Notes under the pieces: generated by a model
The model's input: only the letters and a program-made list of their open reading frames with translations
Told to the model about the DNA's origin: nothing
Databases searched by the model: none
Part shown: piece by piece, positions 35,301 to 48,600 of the stretch
Position numbering within the stretch: position 1 is the stretch's first letter
Layout: each line of letters begins with the position of its first letter
Assembly: GCA_950097015.1 (NCBI GenBank)
Contig: CATNEN010000012.1
Span: 1,426,001 to 1,490,000, forward strand
DNA length: 64,000 nucleotides
Source: Macrostomum hystrix
Taxonomy: Eukaryota; Animalia; Platyhelminthes
Direction: 5' to 3'
Position numbers and translations under genes: made by a program

Positions 35301-36611
35301 TTTTCTTAGCCTAACCCAGCTACAAACCTCTCCAATCCCTATAGGCCTGCAACCACTATAGTGTTATATAGTGGTTGCAAAAAGGAAAGGACAGACGGAA
35401 GTTGACTAAAGATTAAGTGTGCAGAATGTGTAGTCAGCAAAATGCCTTTAAGTTGTAATTCTAAATCTATTTCTATTCATCATTGTGGAACCAAGTGGGC
35501 TGAAAAGTGGCTTTAGGAAAGCAACTATTCTGGGCTTAAGATTTCCACTTGGTGCTGCAAAGATAACAAAAAAGGCAAGGCCTTCTGCACTCATCTGTTT
35601 AAAGTCATTTTCATTTGCATAGCAAGGAATCAGTGCTATTCATCAACATGCTGATAGAGCCAAACCCTGCTAGTAGGTCAGCAAAGACAATGACTTTTCT
35701 GCATCATTATTTAATCTTTGTTTCATATAAAATGTTGAGGTTGAGGCACAACATGAACAACAGGCAGTAAATGCACTTTTCTGTTGTTTACATACTAATT
35801 TACTTTTTTAGTGCTAATTCATCTGCCTTTTGCTAAAAATATATCTGTCTCTGTGGCAACTATGTTTGTATGGCAAAGTTTGTATGATGTTTTTTTAAAT
35901 AATTTAATAGTATATGAGATAGTGGCAGACAAAAAGGACAGAAACTGAATTTAGCTCATGGACCTTAGTACTAGAGACATACACATTGTACCACTTAATC
36001 ACTCTGCATTCTATGTGGCAGCTACTATTCCTACAGTTTTTTAGCTATCAGCTACCTAAAAGTACTAAATTATATTTAGTTACTTTTTGTAAATGTCATT
36101 AATACTTTGTTAATAACTTCTAATGAATTAGAACTAGAATTATAATATTAAATTTGTAACAGTTACAGTAACAGAGCTTTATATACTGTTTGTTTTATCT
36201 AGGCATGTACAAATGATAGTGCTAGTAGGCTGTTAACTGCTATCTGTTATATTACTAATTAGAGCATTGTCCAAGAGCATTAGACTAAGTTGTTAAAGTA
36301 TTTATTAAAGAAGTCTACATATCAAGCAACTGTTTAATGTTTTATATAATATAATAATAACAATTGGCTTAACTTTATAAGCTGAACCTGAACCTACATA
36401 TTTTTGTCAGGACAGTGGTTTAAAGGTTTCAATGTCAATTTGTCTACTTTTTTAAATTGTGAAAGAATCAGCAAGATAGCAAACATTAAAATAGGCTAAT
36501 TTGTAGGTTAAGTTACTATGAAGGTAATGAAATCTAAGATATTTTGTAACAAAAATATGTGTTTATATTATATTATATGAGAAGTATTGTTTTATCTAAT
36601 ACATAAAATAA

Positions 36612-36623
36612 CAATATTTTCAG
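36612..36623 (+). other. 3' splice acceptor 23 nt upstream of the first MDN1 ATG (candidate SL site)
   Basis: CAATATTTTCAG|AGAAGCAAGTAAAACAAATACAAATG. Confidence 0.45.
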
Positions 36624-36646
36624 AGAAGCAAGTAAAACAAATACAA

Positions 36647-39600
36647 ATGCTGCAACAGCAGCCTCAGGCACAGTTTTGGCCTACCAAATGTGTTAAGAAA
36701 TGTGCCAGCCTAGTGCATCTGTGCGAACCTGACCAGCCGCTACTGGTCCAGGGCCCCGTGGGCAGTGGCAAAACCTCCCTAGTTGAACTTCTAGCCAGAG
36801 AAGCTGGCTCCAGACTGTCCAAACTGCAGCTTGGCGATCAGACTGATAGCAAGACGCTGATTGGCTGTTACTGCTGTACACCTGTTCCTGGCCAGTTCGT
36901 ATGGAAGCCAGGGCCTCTGCTATCTGCTGTACAGTCCGGCAATTGGCTTCTGTTAGAAGACATTGACAGCGCACCGCCTGACCTTCTGAGCACACTACAG
37001 CCGCTGCTTGAGCACAAGTCCATGTATGTGTCGCACTATGGCGAAAGTGTTTCTCCAGTCAGCGGGTTTCGTCTAGTTGTTACTAGGCGACTCTACCGCA
37101 GCCTTGACGGCTACTCGTGCGCTCACAACAGCTTTTTAGCTGCCGGTCACTGGCTCAATCTGCGCATGGATCCCATCGGTGACGAAGATTTGACTGAGGT
37201 CAGTCAGCGCTTTTTTAAGCTGATCGTTTAATGTCGTTTCCATAGCAACATCTGGTCTGTCGATGCCTTACGCACAGGAATATGTAGTTTTTTGTCACTT
37301 TCCTTAGCAACCGCTTGGCGCTATTGTATTGATAGTAAAAATAGCAGGAAAATAAATGAAATTATCAACATGGATTGTTTGTTTCATAATGAATTCCCAC
37401 CCGTATATACTGAACATAGAGATCTGGTTTCTGGTTTTTAATCTCCATAAGATTCGAGTATATTAAGCATAAAGTCAATCCTACATCGTGCAACCTTACC
37501 TCAATAACTAAAAATAGAGTTTAAAAGTACATCGCCTTTTTATTATTCAGATCATCCGACTGAACTATCCACACGCGGCGCCTCTGACGGCCAAGATTCT
37601 GGAGATCTACAACCTGTTTCAGGCGGCAGATCGAGACGCCGCACCGTCGCGTCAGCGCCGTCTTGTCACCACTCGCGACCTGTTGAAATTCTGCGCCAGA
37701 TTGGAAGCCGCCGCCGTCGGGGTGTCAACGCCGGACGGTCCCGTTGAGTACAATGCCCGGGTTGTGTTCCACGAAGCGCTGGACTGCTTCGTGGCCGCCG
37801 CTGTCGACCAGGACGAGCGTCGCGCCGGCGCGTTACGGTTGGCTCAGGCTGTCAGCCTAACTCGCGAGGAGGCCCTAGAAAGATTGAAAGGCCTAGCACT
37901 GGATGTTGCTGAGACGCCGGGCAGTTTGACCATCGGCCGGGCCAAGCTGGCTCGCCTGGACAGCCGTGCCAGGCTGCAGGGCGGCGGCCTGGCGTTGAAT
38001 CGCGGCACAGCCGGACTGCTTGAACGGCTGGCTGTCTGCGCAAGGCGAGTTTCACTTTGAACTTGTGTTTACGTAAAGGTCGGCGAACAGGTTGGAGGTT
38101 GGAGATGATGCAGGCACATACGGGTGACGTGCTCATTAATTTTAAAGGCCTGGCAAGGCCGCACTGAAGCGCAGTGCAAATTCGTGTATAAGTGGTATAA
38201 AATACAGTAGCTCTTTTGGGGGAAAACCTGACCTCAACGGACAAAGCCGTTTAATATCTCGACGATCTGAAGGGCTGGCGACTTGATTCTTCTGTTAGAA
38301 GATGCGCAACAAAAATTTGGCCCGTGTTCTTGAGTTTCGTGTGCTTGTGTTTCTCCGGTTCTGGTTCAGCACAAATAATTGTCAGCGGGGAATTTCCCTT
38401 CGTATACTTAATGACCGATTTTTTTTAAACTTCACCATATAGATAAAAATTTCCACAATTTACGTACCATCGTATTCAGAATCGTCGACATATTCAGCGA
38501 TTCGGAGACCGTGGTGACAAGGACAACTAACATTGTTCTGTATAAACCATATTGGTTAAAAAATGAAATAATTAACGATCATTAAAAGTCAACAATAATA
38601 AGCCAGCATGGCTACATGATGCATTTTTGTGAGCAGAAAAATTATGCCCATTTTGGTGGTTGTTGCCACCGGACATCCAGACGAGAATCGTTGTATATCT
38701 CGACGATGCCGATGTTTTGTAATTCTGTGGGTTGTTTATCGGATCTGCATTTTCATGGCGGTTGGTTGAATATTTTAGGAAATAAAGGGGAAAGAAAAAT
38801 GTGGATATTTCTACTGTTAAGTAGTTAGAATCGCAAAGTTGTAAGTTCTGTCTGAAATTTTCTTTTCGAAATTTGAACTGTCGATGCTACACATAAGAAG
38901 TGGATCTCGTTTCCATCTCCAATTCTATCTAATCCTCACTCACCTGTAATAACAGGCAGGGCGAACCGGCGCTTCTAGTTGGCGAGACCGGATGCGGCAA
39001 GTCGGCCTGTGTGCAATACCTAGCCAATAGGCTGGGCCGGAGTCTGCGCGTTATTAACCTGAGCCAGCAAACAGATCCGGCCGATCTGATTGGCGGCTAT
39101 AAGCCCTTGCAGCTGCGTCTCATTGTTAAACCAGTGCGGGAACAATTTGAACTGCTATTTAGCCGACTGTTCAATGCCGACGGTAGCAATGAGAAGTTTC
39201 TCACCTACGTACAGCTGTGCTATCACAGCGCCAGATGGTCCGATCTGTTGCAGCTAATGGAGCGACCATTGGCTAGCGCTCTGCGACGGTTACCAGGCAA
39301 CGTGGATTGGTTGACCCTGCGCGATAGGCTGGCCCAGCTTAGGGCTCAGCTGGTCGCCTGGTAAGCTTTGGGCTCGCTAATTTAGTAAAATGATAATTAT
39401 TGACGTCTGGGGCTCGAATCGGAGACCAAGGGGAAATATCGCGTCCGTGTGAGTTAAAGGAATATAATAGATTCAAAATGGCACTTAACTTAATTGGGCA
39501 AGATGTTACAGCTACAGACGAGACTGAGACTGAGATCAGATGATACGGGAGAGAGAGGGGAGACAAGGGAGAGATGAGACTCTATCTCTAGATGTCGGAA

Positions 39601-42600
39601 GTGGCAACGGACCGGATTTGGGAGCTTCGAGGGCCGCATCTGGCCCTTACTTTATCGACAGTTAATAAACTGATTATTAAAATAACTTAAACAGCGAGGG
39701 CGCTAACCAGGCCACGTCGTTCAGCTTCATTGAGGGCGCCCTAGTTGAAGCTATTCGCTCCGGCCAATGGGTGCTGCTAGACGAAGTTAATCTAGCCACG
39801 CCGGAGACTCTGGAGTGTCTGTCCGGCTTGCTGGACAGGCCAGACGGCTCGCTGGTGCTGTCCGAGAGAGGCGACACTCAAGCGGTGCCGCGTCATCCTG
39901 ATTTCAGACTGTTCGCCTGTATGAACCCGGCCACGGATGCCGGGAAGCACAATCTGCCAATTGGTTGGTGCTTTTGTGATCTGAGATGATCCTACTATCG
40001 CTTTTATCGTCATACGAGTATCTTTCCGAAATCCTCAGGTTTGGGGTTGGCACCTGTTTCTCAGATTCTCATGTTTAGATTAGGCACCTGTTTCTCAGAT
40101 TCTCATGTTTAGATTAGGCACCTGTTTCTCAGATTCTCATGTTTACGTCGTAGATTAGGCACCTGTTTCTCAGATCCTCATGTTTAGATTAGGCACCTGT
40201 TTCTCAGATTCTCATGTTTAGATTAGGCACCTGTTTCTCAGATTCTCATGTTTACGTCGTAGATTAGGCACCTGTTTCTCAGATCCTCATGTTTAGATTA
40301 GGCACCTGTTTCTCAGATCCTCATGTTTAGATAGGCACCTGTTTCTCAGATCCTCATGTTTAGATTAGGCACCTGTTTCTCAGATTCTTAGGATTAGATT
40401 AGGCACCTGTTTCTCAGATCCTCATGTTTAGATTAGGCACCTGTTTCTCAGATTCTCATGTTGAGATTAGGCACCTGTTTCTCAGATTCTTAGGATTAGA
40501 TTAGGCGCCTGTTTCTCAGATCCTCAGGTTTGGGATTGGCACCTGTTTCCCAAATCCTCAGATTCAGTTTTGGCATCTGTTTCCCAGATCCTCAGATTTA
40601 AGATTAGAACCTGTTTCCCAGATGGTCAAGTTTGACTGTTTACAATATCCTTTCGACACCTGTTCTAGATATCCAAGTAATAGACCCCATCTAGCCTGTT
40701 AATCTAGATGTTAAATGGCTTACCTAAATCTTCAGGCGTGCGCAATCGCTTCACCGAGTTGGCCTTCGCCGAGCCAGACGACGACACCGACCTAGCCTAC
40801 CTGGTCAGCCACTACCTGGCCTCGCTGAGTCCCAGCGCCAATCAGGTGTCCGGCATTGTTCGCTTCTACCGCCGGGTGCGAGCCGCCTCGGATGCGGCCC
40901 TGTGCGACGCCTCCGGGCTGCGGCCGCACTTCAGTCTACGCACCCTCTGCCGGGCTTTGCGCGAAGCCGGCCGTGATGTCTACCGGAGCGCGCCTAGGTC
41001 TCTGTACGAAGGCTTCGCGTTCGCCTTCTTGGCCCAGTTGGATAAACAGTCGGCTTCCAATGTTGAACGAATGATTGCCGAGGACATCCTTTCCTGCAAG
41101 CAGGTGCCGACTTTCCAGGTTGGTGATGATTCTCACTCTTCCTTATCTTCAGCCGTATTTCATTTCCTTTTTCCTTACCTTTCTCTCTTTTCCTCTCTTC
41201 CTTCTTTCTTTCCTGCTTCTCCCCCTCCCTTCTGCTAATTCTTCAATATATTCTGCCTCCTCAAGACATGCCCGCTGCCTCCCTGTCGCTTTCCTTTCCC
41301 CCCTCTTCCTCAGCCTCACTCTTCCTCCTCTTCTTCCTACCCCTCTTCCTCCTCCCCCTTCCTCTTTCCCATTTCCCCCTTCCTCTTCCTCCTCCCCTTC
41401 TTCCTCCTATCTCTCTTTATCCTCTTCCCTCTCTTCTCCCTTCCTCTCTCCTCCTCCCTTATTCATCCGCCACTCCTCCTCTTCTCATTATCTCTCCCTT
41501 CTCCTCCTCCCCCTCTTCCTCCTCCCCCTCTTCCTCCTCCCCCTCTTGCTCCTCCCCCTCTTCCTCCTTCTCTTCCTCCTCCCCCTCTTCCTCCTCCTTC
41601 TCTTCCTCCTACCCCTCTTCCTTCAACCCAGTTTCTCATCTCATCTCATATTTCTCCTCTGTCCTCCCCCTTTTCCTCCTCCCCGTCTTCAGTCTCCTCC
41701 CTCTTCCTCCCCCCTATTCATCTGTCTTGCTATTTTACAGTCTGACTTAACAGAATTCTGACTATTTACTATTGTTTTCAGCTGAAGTTAGTCCTCCATG
41801 CAATATTTATGTCCTCCGTATCTTACCTCCCTGCTAACAATAGTTTAATTAAAGAAATTGAACAAAAAAATATTATTTGCCATTTCGCAGACGTCGCCCA
41901 GGCCCATAGACGACAGCGGCTCAGGAGATGACAGCCGGTACATCCTAGTCGAAAACTATTGGATTAGGCGCGGACCGCGCGAACCGGTTACCCAGCCGCG
42001 CTACGTCCTGACGCCATCAATCAAGGAGAATCTGAGATGCCTAGCTAGAATAGTATCGGCTGGCAGTCTGCCTGTACTCATTCAGGGCGAGACCTCAGTT
42101 GGCAAAACTTCTCTGATTCGCTACCTGGCCGAGTTAACTGGCAACGAATGCCTGAGGGTTAATAATCATGAGCACACCGAGATCGCCGAGTACGTTGGGA
42201 ACTATGCATCGGATAGGGACGGCCGGCTTGTCTTTCAGGTTCGTGGTTCATGTTCAGAACGTCCTGGAACTGATGGGTGGAATGAAGCCTGACAATGAGA
42301 CTGACTGGAATGGGATAAAACCTGACATCGGTGTTGTATCTCTACGAGATAACCGGCTTAGCGTAATAATCCGCTCAGTCGCGGTGGCCGTCTTCAGTAT
42401 ATTTGCATACGGTTGCAGGCACGCGTATAATTGTCTATGGCCAAAGCCACACAACTAAGGCTGGGGATACACCAATCGGGACTGACTAGAATGGGATAAA
42501 GGCTAACAATGAGACTGACTAGAATGTGATGACTGACAATGAGACTAACTAGAATGGGATGACTGACAATGAGACTAACTAGAATGTGATGACTGACAAT

Positions 42601-45600
42601 GAGACTAACTAGAATGTGATGACTGACAATGAGACTAACTAGAATGGGATGACTGACAATGAGACTAACTAGAATTGCATGACTGAGAATGAGACTAACT
42701 AAAATGGGATGACTGACAATGAGACTAACTAAAATGGGATGACTGACAATGAGACTAACTAGAATGGCATGACTGACAATGAGACTAACTAAAATGGGAT
42801 GACTGACAATGAGACTAACTAGAATGGCATGACTGACAATGAGACTAACTAGAATGGGATGACTGAGAATGAGACTAACTAAAATGGGATGACTGACAAT
42901 GAGACTAACTAGAATGGCATGACTGACAATGAGACTAACTAAAATGGGATGAAGCCTGACAAGGGGTCTGACAAAAATGGCCAGGATAAAGTTTGGCAAT
43001 CTAATTGGCCAAATTGAGGGTGAAGTCTGACCATGATGTGACCAGCACGTGCCGCACCGCTCATCCAGGAGGGTCCTCTTGTCCAAGCCATGCGTCGCGG
43101 CTCGTGGATCATTCTGGACGAGCTAAATCTGGCCGCTAGCGACGTTCTCGAAGCTCTCAATCGCGTCCTAGACGACAATCGCGAATTATTCGTAGTTGAA
43201 ACTCAGGAGACGATTCGGGCGCACCCGCATTTTATGCTATTCGCCACGCAGAACCCGCCCGGCCTCTATGGTGGCCGGAAGCGACTGTCGAGAGCGTTGC
43301 GCAATCGTTTCGTAGAATTGCACTTTCAACCAATTCCCAGGCCTGAGCTGGAGTTAATAATGCAACGCCGCTGCGATCTACCTCTGTCCAGGTGTGCCAA
43401 GTTAGTGGAGGCTATGCACCAGCTGCAGGCTAGGCGGAAACGGACCGGCATCTTTCAGGGCAAGGACGGATTTGTGACGCTACGAGATCTGTTCCGATGG
43501 GCTGAAAGGCATCGGCTGTTTAGTCCGCCTGGTGAGTAAATTCGACTTGCAACTGGAAATTAACTTGGACTCAACTTAGTCTAGCTGCCCAGTAAGGCTT
43601 TCGGTGTGCTCAAAGTCGTAAAAGTCTGTTTCAGTTTGAGTACTCATTGTTTAGTTAGAGTGCTCATTGAGCAGTTGGAGTGATCTATGCTCATCAGCCT
43701 AGTTACAGTGCTCATTGTCTAGTAGTCAGAGTGCTCATTGAAAAGTAGTTATATTGCTCATTGACCAGTTGTTATAGTGCTCATTGACTAGTTGTTAGAG
43801 AGCTCATTGACTAGTTGTTAGAGAGCTCATTGACTAGTTGTTAGAGAGCTCATTGACTAGTTGTTAGAGAGCTCATTGACTAGTTGTTAGAGAGCTCATT
43901 GGCCAGTTGTTATAGTGCTCATTGACCAGTTGTTATAGTGCTCATTGAGCTCGTTGAGTAGCTAGGGTGCTCATTGTTTAGTTAGATTGCTCATTGAGTA
44001 GCTAGGGTGCTCATCGTTTACGAGCCGAGGCCGTAAAATAGAATCGCATGCATTTTCGCAGACTCCAAGCAGAGCCTTTTCGACTGGGACCAGTTTCTAG
44101 CCGAGCAGGGCTACCTATTGCTAGCCGGACGAGCTCGCGAGCCAGCCGACACAGCCGATGTTCATTCGGTGCTAGAATCGGTGTTTCGCAGGCGCCTATC
44201 CGAGTCACAACTGTTCGATTTGAATGAGCACACTTCGCCTGTTAGCAGAGAGATTCTAACAGCCTGCTACAGTGAGCTGGTTGGCGAGGATGGCACAGAT
44301 GAGAAATCCAATGAGCAGCAGCTGGCTTGGACCAGAGAGCTACGAAGGCTTTGCGTCCTACTAGGCAATTGTCAGAAGTACGGCGAGCCGGCACTGTTAG
44401 TTGGACCAACCGGTGTTGGCAAGACAACTGTCTGTCAGGCCCTGGCCAAATTGCGGCGCCAGGAGCTGCTCACTCTGAACTGTCACATGAATACGGAGGC
44501 TGCTGATTTCCTGGGCAGCCTGCGGCCTGTGAGGGACCGACGGCCGACTGAGGCTGAAGGTAGGATTTTGCTAAATTAGTTTTAATTTCGCTCTTGCCTC
44601 TACCGCTTAATCTCTTCTCTTGGGTGAGAAGGGTACCTATCCTGAACCTAAGTCCCTGAGCTCGATTCCGCTGCGTGGCCACATTATTTTGGCTCCCAGG
44701 TGAGAAAGTCGGGGCAGATGTACACACCTATGCGAGTTTGTGACTGCGTAACATATTGACAGTAATACTACATAGGGGGGAATTCCACCCAGACAATTTT
44801 TTGTGCTGCACCCGAACGGAGCAACGCAAGCTCACGAAACTCAAGAATACGGGCCAACTTTTTGTTGCGCATCTTCTGAAACAAGAATCAAGTCGCCAGC
44901 TCTTCAGTCCGTCGATATATTCAATGTTTCTGCCCGAGGGCCTGATTTTTCCCATAAGCGTTAGTGTATTTCATTCGCCCATATACACGAATTAGCACTG
45001 TGCCTCAGTGCGGCCTTGCCAGGCCTTCAAAATTGATCAGCATGTCACCCGAATGTGCCTGCATCATCTGCGTCCTCGGTGGGCACCTACCTTTATCTAG
45101 ACGGACTGCTGGACCTTCAAGGGCTACAACAGGTGAAACTAGGCCACTATGGACACCCTGACGCGAATTTCTCCAATTCCACTGATCAAGCCTAAATACT
45201 GGGCGCAGCTCAACCACAGGATACTATCGCCTAGTCTGTCAACCAATCAGTCACCACCCAACGCTGTTAGCATTCAGGCGCTGCCAAAAAAATTTTCAGG
45301 CCAGGGAGAATCCCCCTCTTGGTGTAAAGAACGGGTGGCAAATGGCTTGTTAGTCCTACTGTTATTGCGCCCGTACCCCTGAGAATAATATCATTATTTT
45401 TATTTCTCTCGTTCGTTGATAGAACCAGCTCCACAGCAGCAGCAGCAGCAGCAGTCCACACCGCCAGTGCCAATGTTCGAATGGGTAGACGGCGTCCTAG
45501 TTCAAGCCATGCGTCGCGGCGCCGACCTTCTAGTTGACGAAATCTCCTTAGCCGACGACTCCGTCCTGGAGCGGCTCAACAGTGTCCTGGAGCCCGAGCG

Positions 45601-48600
45601 TGAGCTGGTGCTGGCGGAACGGTCCCGCACAGGGCAGGACAGAAATGTTGAAATACTGCGCGCTAAACTAGAATTTCGCCTAGTGGCCACAATGAATCCG
45701 GGTGGAGATTTCGGCAAGAAGGAGCTTTCTCCAGCGTTGCGCAATCGATTCACCGAGATCTGGTGCCCGCCTCCGGCCACCCTGCTGCCAATTATCGAGC
45801 GTAACCTTGGCAACCAGCTAGCCCACCTGGCTCAACCGATGGCCGACCTGCTCGGCGGCGCCGCGGACGCTTCGCCAACCGACGACGTTCGGCTGACTGT
45901 CAGCGCCCGCACAGCTTTGGTCTGGGTGGCCTTTGTGCGCTGCCGTCGGCTGCCCGAGCGTCTGCCCGCTGAGCTGGCATTCCTGCATGGTTACCAGATG
46001 ACCTGCCTGGATCCGCTTAGCGACGGTGAGGGCTTGCCGGGGCGCGGAGCTTGTAGCCTATTAGTTAGAGCGGTATTTGGAATCTCTACCTAGGGGAGAC
46101 AAGGCACTGAATTCTCCAGTGCTGTGAATTATACGATGGGAAGTCGGTGGCTGAGCGGTTAACGCGTTCGCCTCTCGCACCAAGGTCCCTGAGCTCGATT
46201 CCGCGGCGAGGCCAGATTCATTTGAGGCGCAGCCGCGGAGAGAAGGCTTGTGGGTTTGTCGTGCAATTTACGCCCTTAAGGGCCAACCTCCAAGGCACAG
46301 TGAGAGTGTACACTGCCTGACGATGAGGAATTCAGGGCAGATGTACATACATCTGTGTAAGCTTGTGCCTGCGTACAGTATCTGTGTGCGTGTGTGCTCT
46401 GGGGTCAGCGAAATGTGCATAATTGCCTCCTCGCTGGCGTTGGGTCTAGTGTCACCAAATGATGTGCCTTGCCTGAAATTAATATTATTATTATTCGATG
46501 TCTCCCATCAATTTTCCAGTGATTGACAAGTCGCTAACTAGCAGACTGCTATCCGAGGCCGTGTCACGCCTCCGTTCTAGCTGCCTATCCAGCGGCCTGT
46601 ACACAGCCGAGTCATTTGAAGCTTTGGTTGTTCGTCCGTTTGTTGATTCGATTATGCCCGATTCCGTTTCTCAACTATTGACCAGTTCGACTCTGGAGTC
46701 CAATCTATTTGGCATTGATCCGTTCTATATTGATATGGGTGAGTTATGAAATATGAAAACAACAGATTTTTTGGGATTTTGATGTACCCATTGACCTTTT
46801 TTGATGCACTTAGTAGATGTTTATTTGTTGGCTTTGATAATTTGTTGATTTGGTGTACATGTTACATTAAACAGGTTTGTACTACCTGTTGGTTTACCTG
46901 AATTAATGTTATGTGTCTGGTATCGGTACAGTATGCCACAGAGATATTTTAACCCGTGGTTAGAGCTTTAGACTTACCACTGAGTGGTCTGGAGTTCGAA
47001 TCTTAGCCATGTGACACTTAATTTCCCATAGCTTCACACAGGTCTAAAATGGTTACCATTAGTTTGGGTGGCCCCCAGTCCACAGACTGAGCGACTGTAC
47101 GTAACCTCTGTCCCGCCGCCCTCGCCTCACAGGCCCGAGTCCGCAGTCGACGCCGGAGTTCAGCCTGTCCGCTCCTACTCCCAACGCCAACTGTCGACGT
47201 TTGTTGCGCGCCCTTCAACTGCCCGGCAGCCGGCCAGTGCTGCTAGAGGGCTCGCCGGGTGTCGGCAAGACCAGCCTGGTGGCCGCCCTGGCCAAGGCTA
47301 GCGGGCACCGGCTTGTGCGAATCAATCTATCCGAGCACACCGATGTCGCCGATCTGTTTGGCAGCGATCTTCCCACCGAGGGCGAGCTAGGCTTCGCCTG
47401 GCACAGCGGTCCGCTGCTGCGCGCCCTGCAACTCGGTCACTGGGTGGTGCTGGACGAGATGAACTTGGCTAGCCAATCTGTGCTGGAAGGCTTGAACTCC
47501 TGTCTAGATCATCGCGGCGAAGTGTTTGTACCGGAGCTAAACCGGGCATTCGCTGTGCAGCCTGGCCGGACAAGAATATTCGCCTGCCAGAATCCGGCTC
47601 GCGAGGGCGGCGGTAGAAAATGTCTGCCTCGATCCTTTGTGAACCGGTTCGTACAGGTTCACCTAAGGACGCTGGAGCTGCCCGATCAGCTGGCAATTGT
47701 TGAAGCCGTGTACGGTGACCTGCCTCTGCCGCCTGGAGTTCTGGAGGGCATGAATCGATTCAACTGTCTGGTAGGCGTCATTAATTTACTAGATTTAGCT
47801 TGTCAGCGTCACGAGTGTCTCCTTTAATTTATGTGCAGTTATATTTTCTCTACATGCGTATTTTCAATGACACTGATGCAAATCCCGAATGCGAGTTATA
47901 TTCAGGATATTTCTCCTCCGAATGAGGAGTTCCGCCCGTTTTTGTATCCCTAAGTTTAAAAAGCTATCAGTTATAAGTGGTCTTTGGTGCCATCGCCCTG
48001 TTTGACGGGCTTGCTTGGCCCACCTATGCAACTGACCATCGTTAATTAACAATTCCAGTTGCAGCAGCGAATAATGCAGGAGCGAGCGTTTGGCCACGCC
48101 GGCTCGCCCTGGGAGTTCAATCTGCGCGACGTGTTTCGCTGGTGCGAAGCCCTTCGTCTCCATGGCAACGTAGGCGGCCAGCTGCGGCGCTGCCACCCGG
48201 GCCTATTCCTGCGTCTAGTTTACTCGGGTCGAATGCGCTGTAGAACTGACCGACGCCGAGTTGTCAACCTCTATAGGGAAGTGTTCCCAGACGAAGCTGC
48301 AAATCCTATTTATTCTTGGCCAACGGCGATTCACGTTACCAACACTCACGTCACTGTGGGCGCCGCTCGGGTTGCTAGGCAACACTACGCCATTAGCGAT
48401 GCCAATCTAGCATCCGTTGGCGGCGAAGCCTTCCTCCTGCGGCATCAGCTAGGCAGCCTGGAGTCGCTGCTGCACTGCGTGAAATTCGCCTGGCCGGCAG
48501 CTCTGGTCGGACCGGAGTCGGCCGGCAAGACCCGGCTAGTTCGCCTGCTGGCCGGCCTGTGCGGTAGGCGACTCCGCGTGATGCCACTCAGCGCTGGCAT

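Noticed and set aside
40030-40640. CRISPR-like appearance of 30-38 bp repeats (here and elsewhere)
   Set aside because: Units are directly adjacent with no unique spacers, there are no cas genes, and the context is eukaryotic introns.
41075-41761. Pro/Ser/Leu-rich ORFs of 160-228 aa
   Set aside because: By-product of the C/T-rich low-complexity intron tract.
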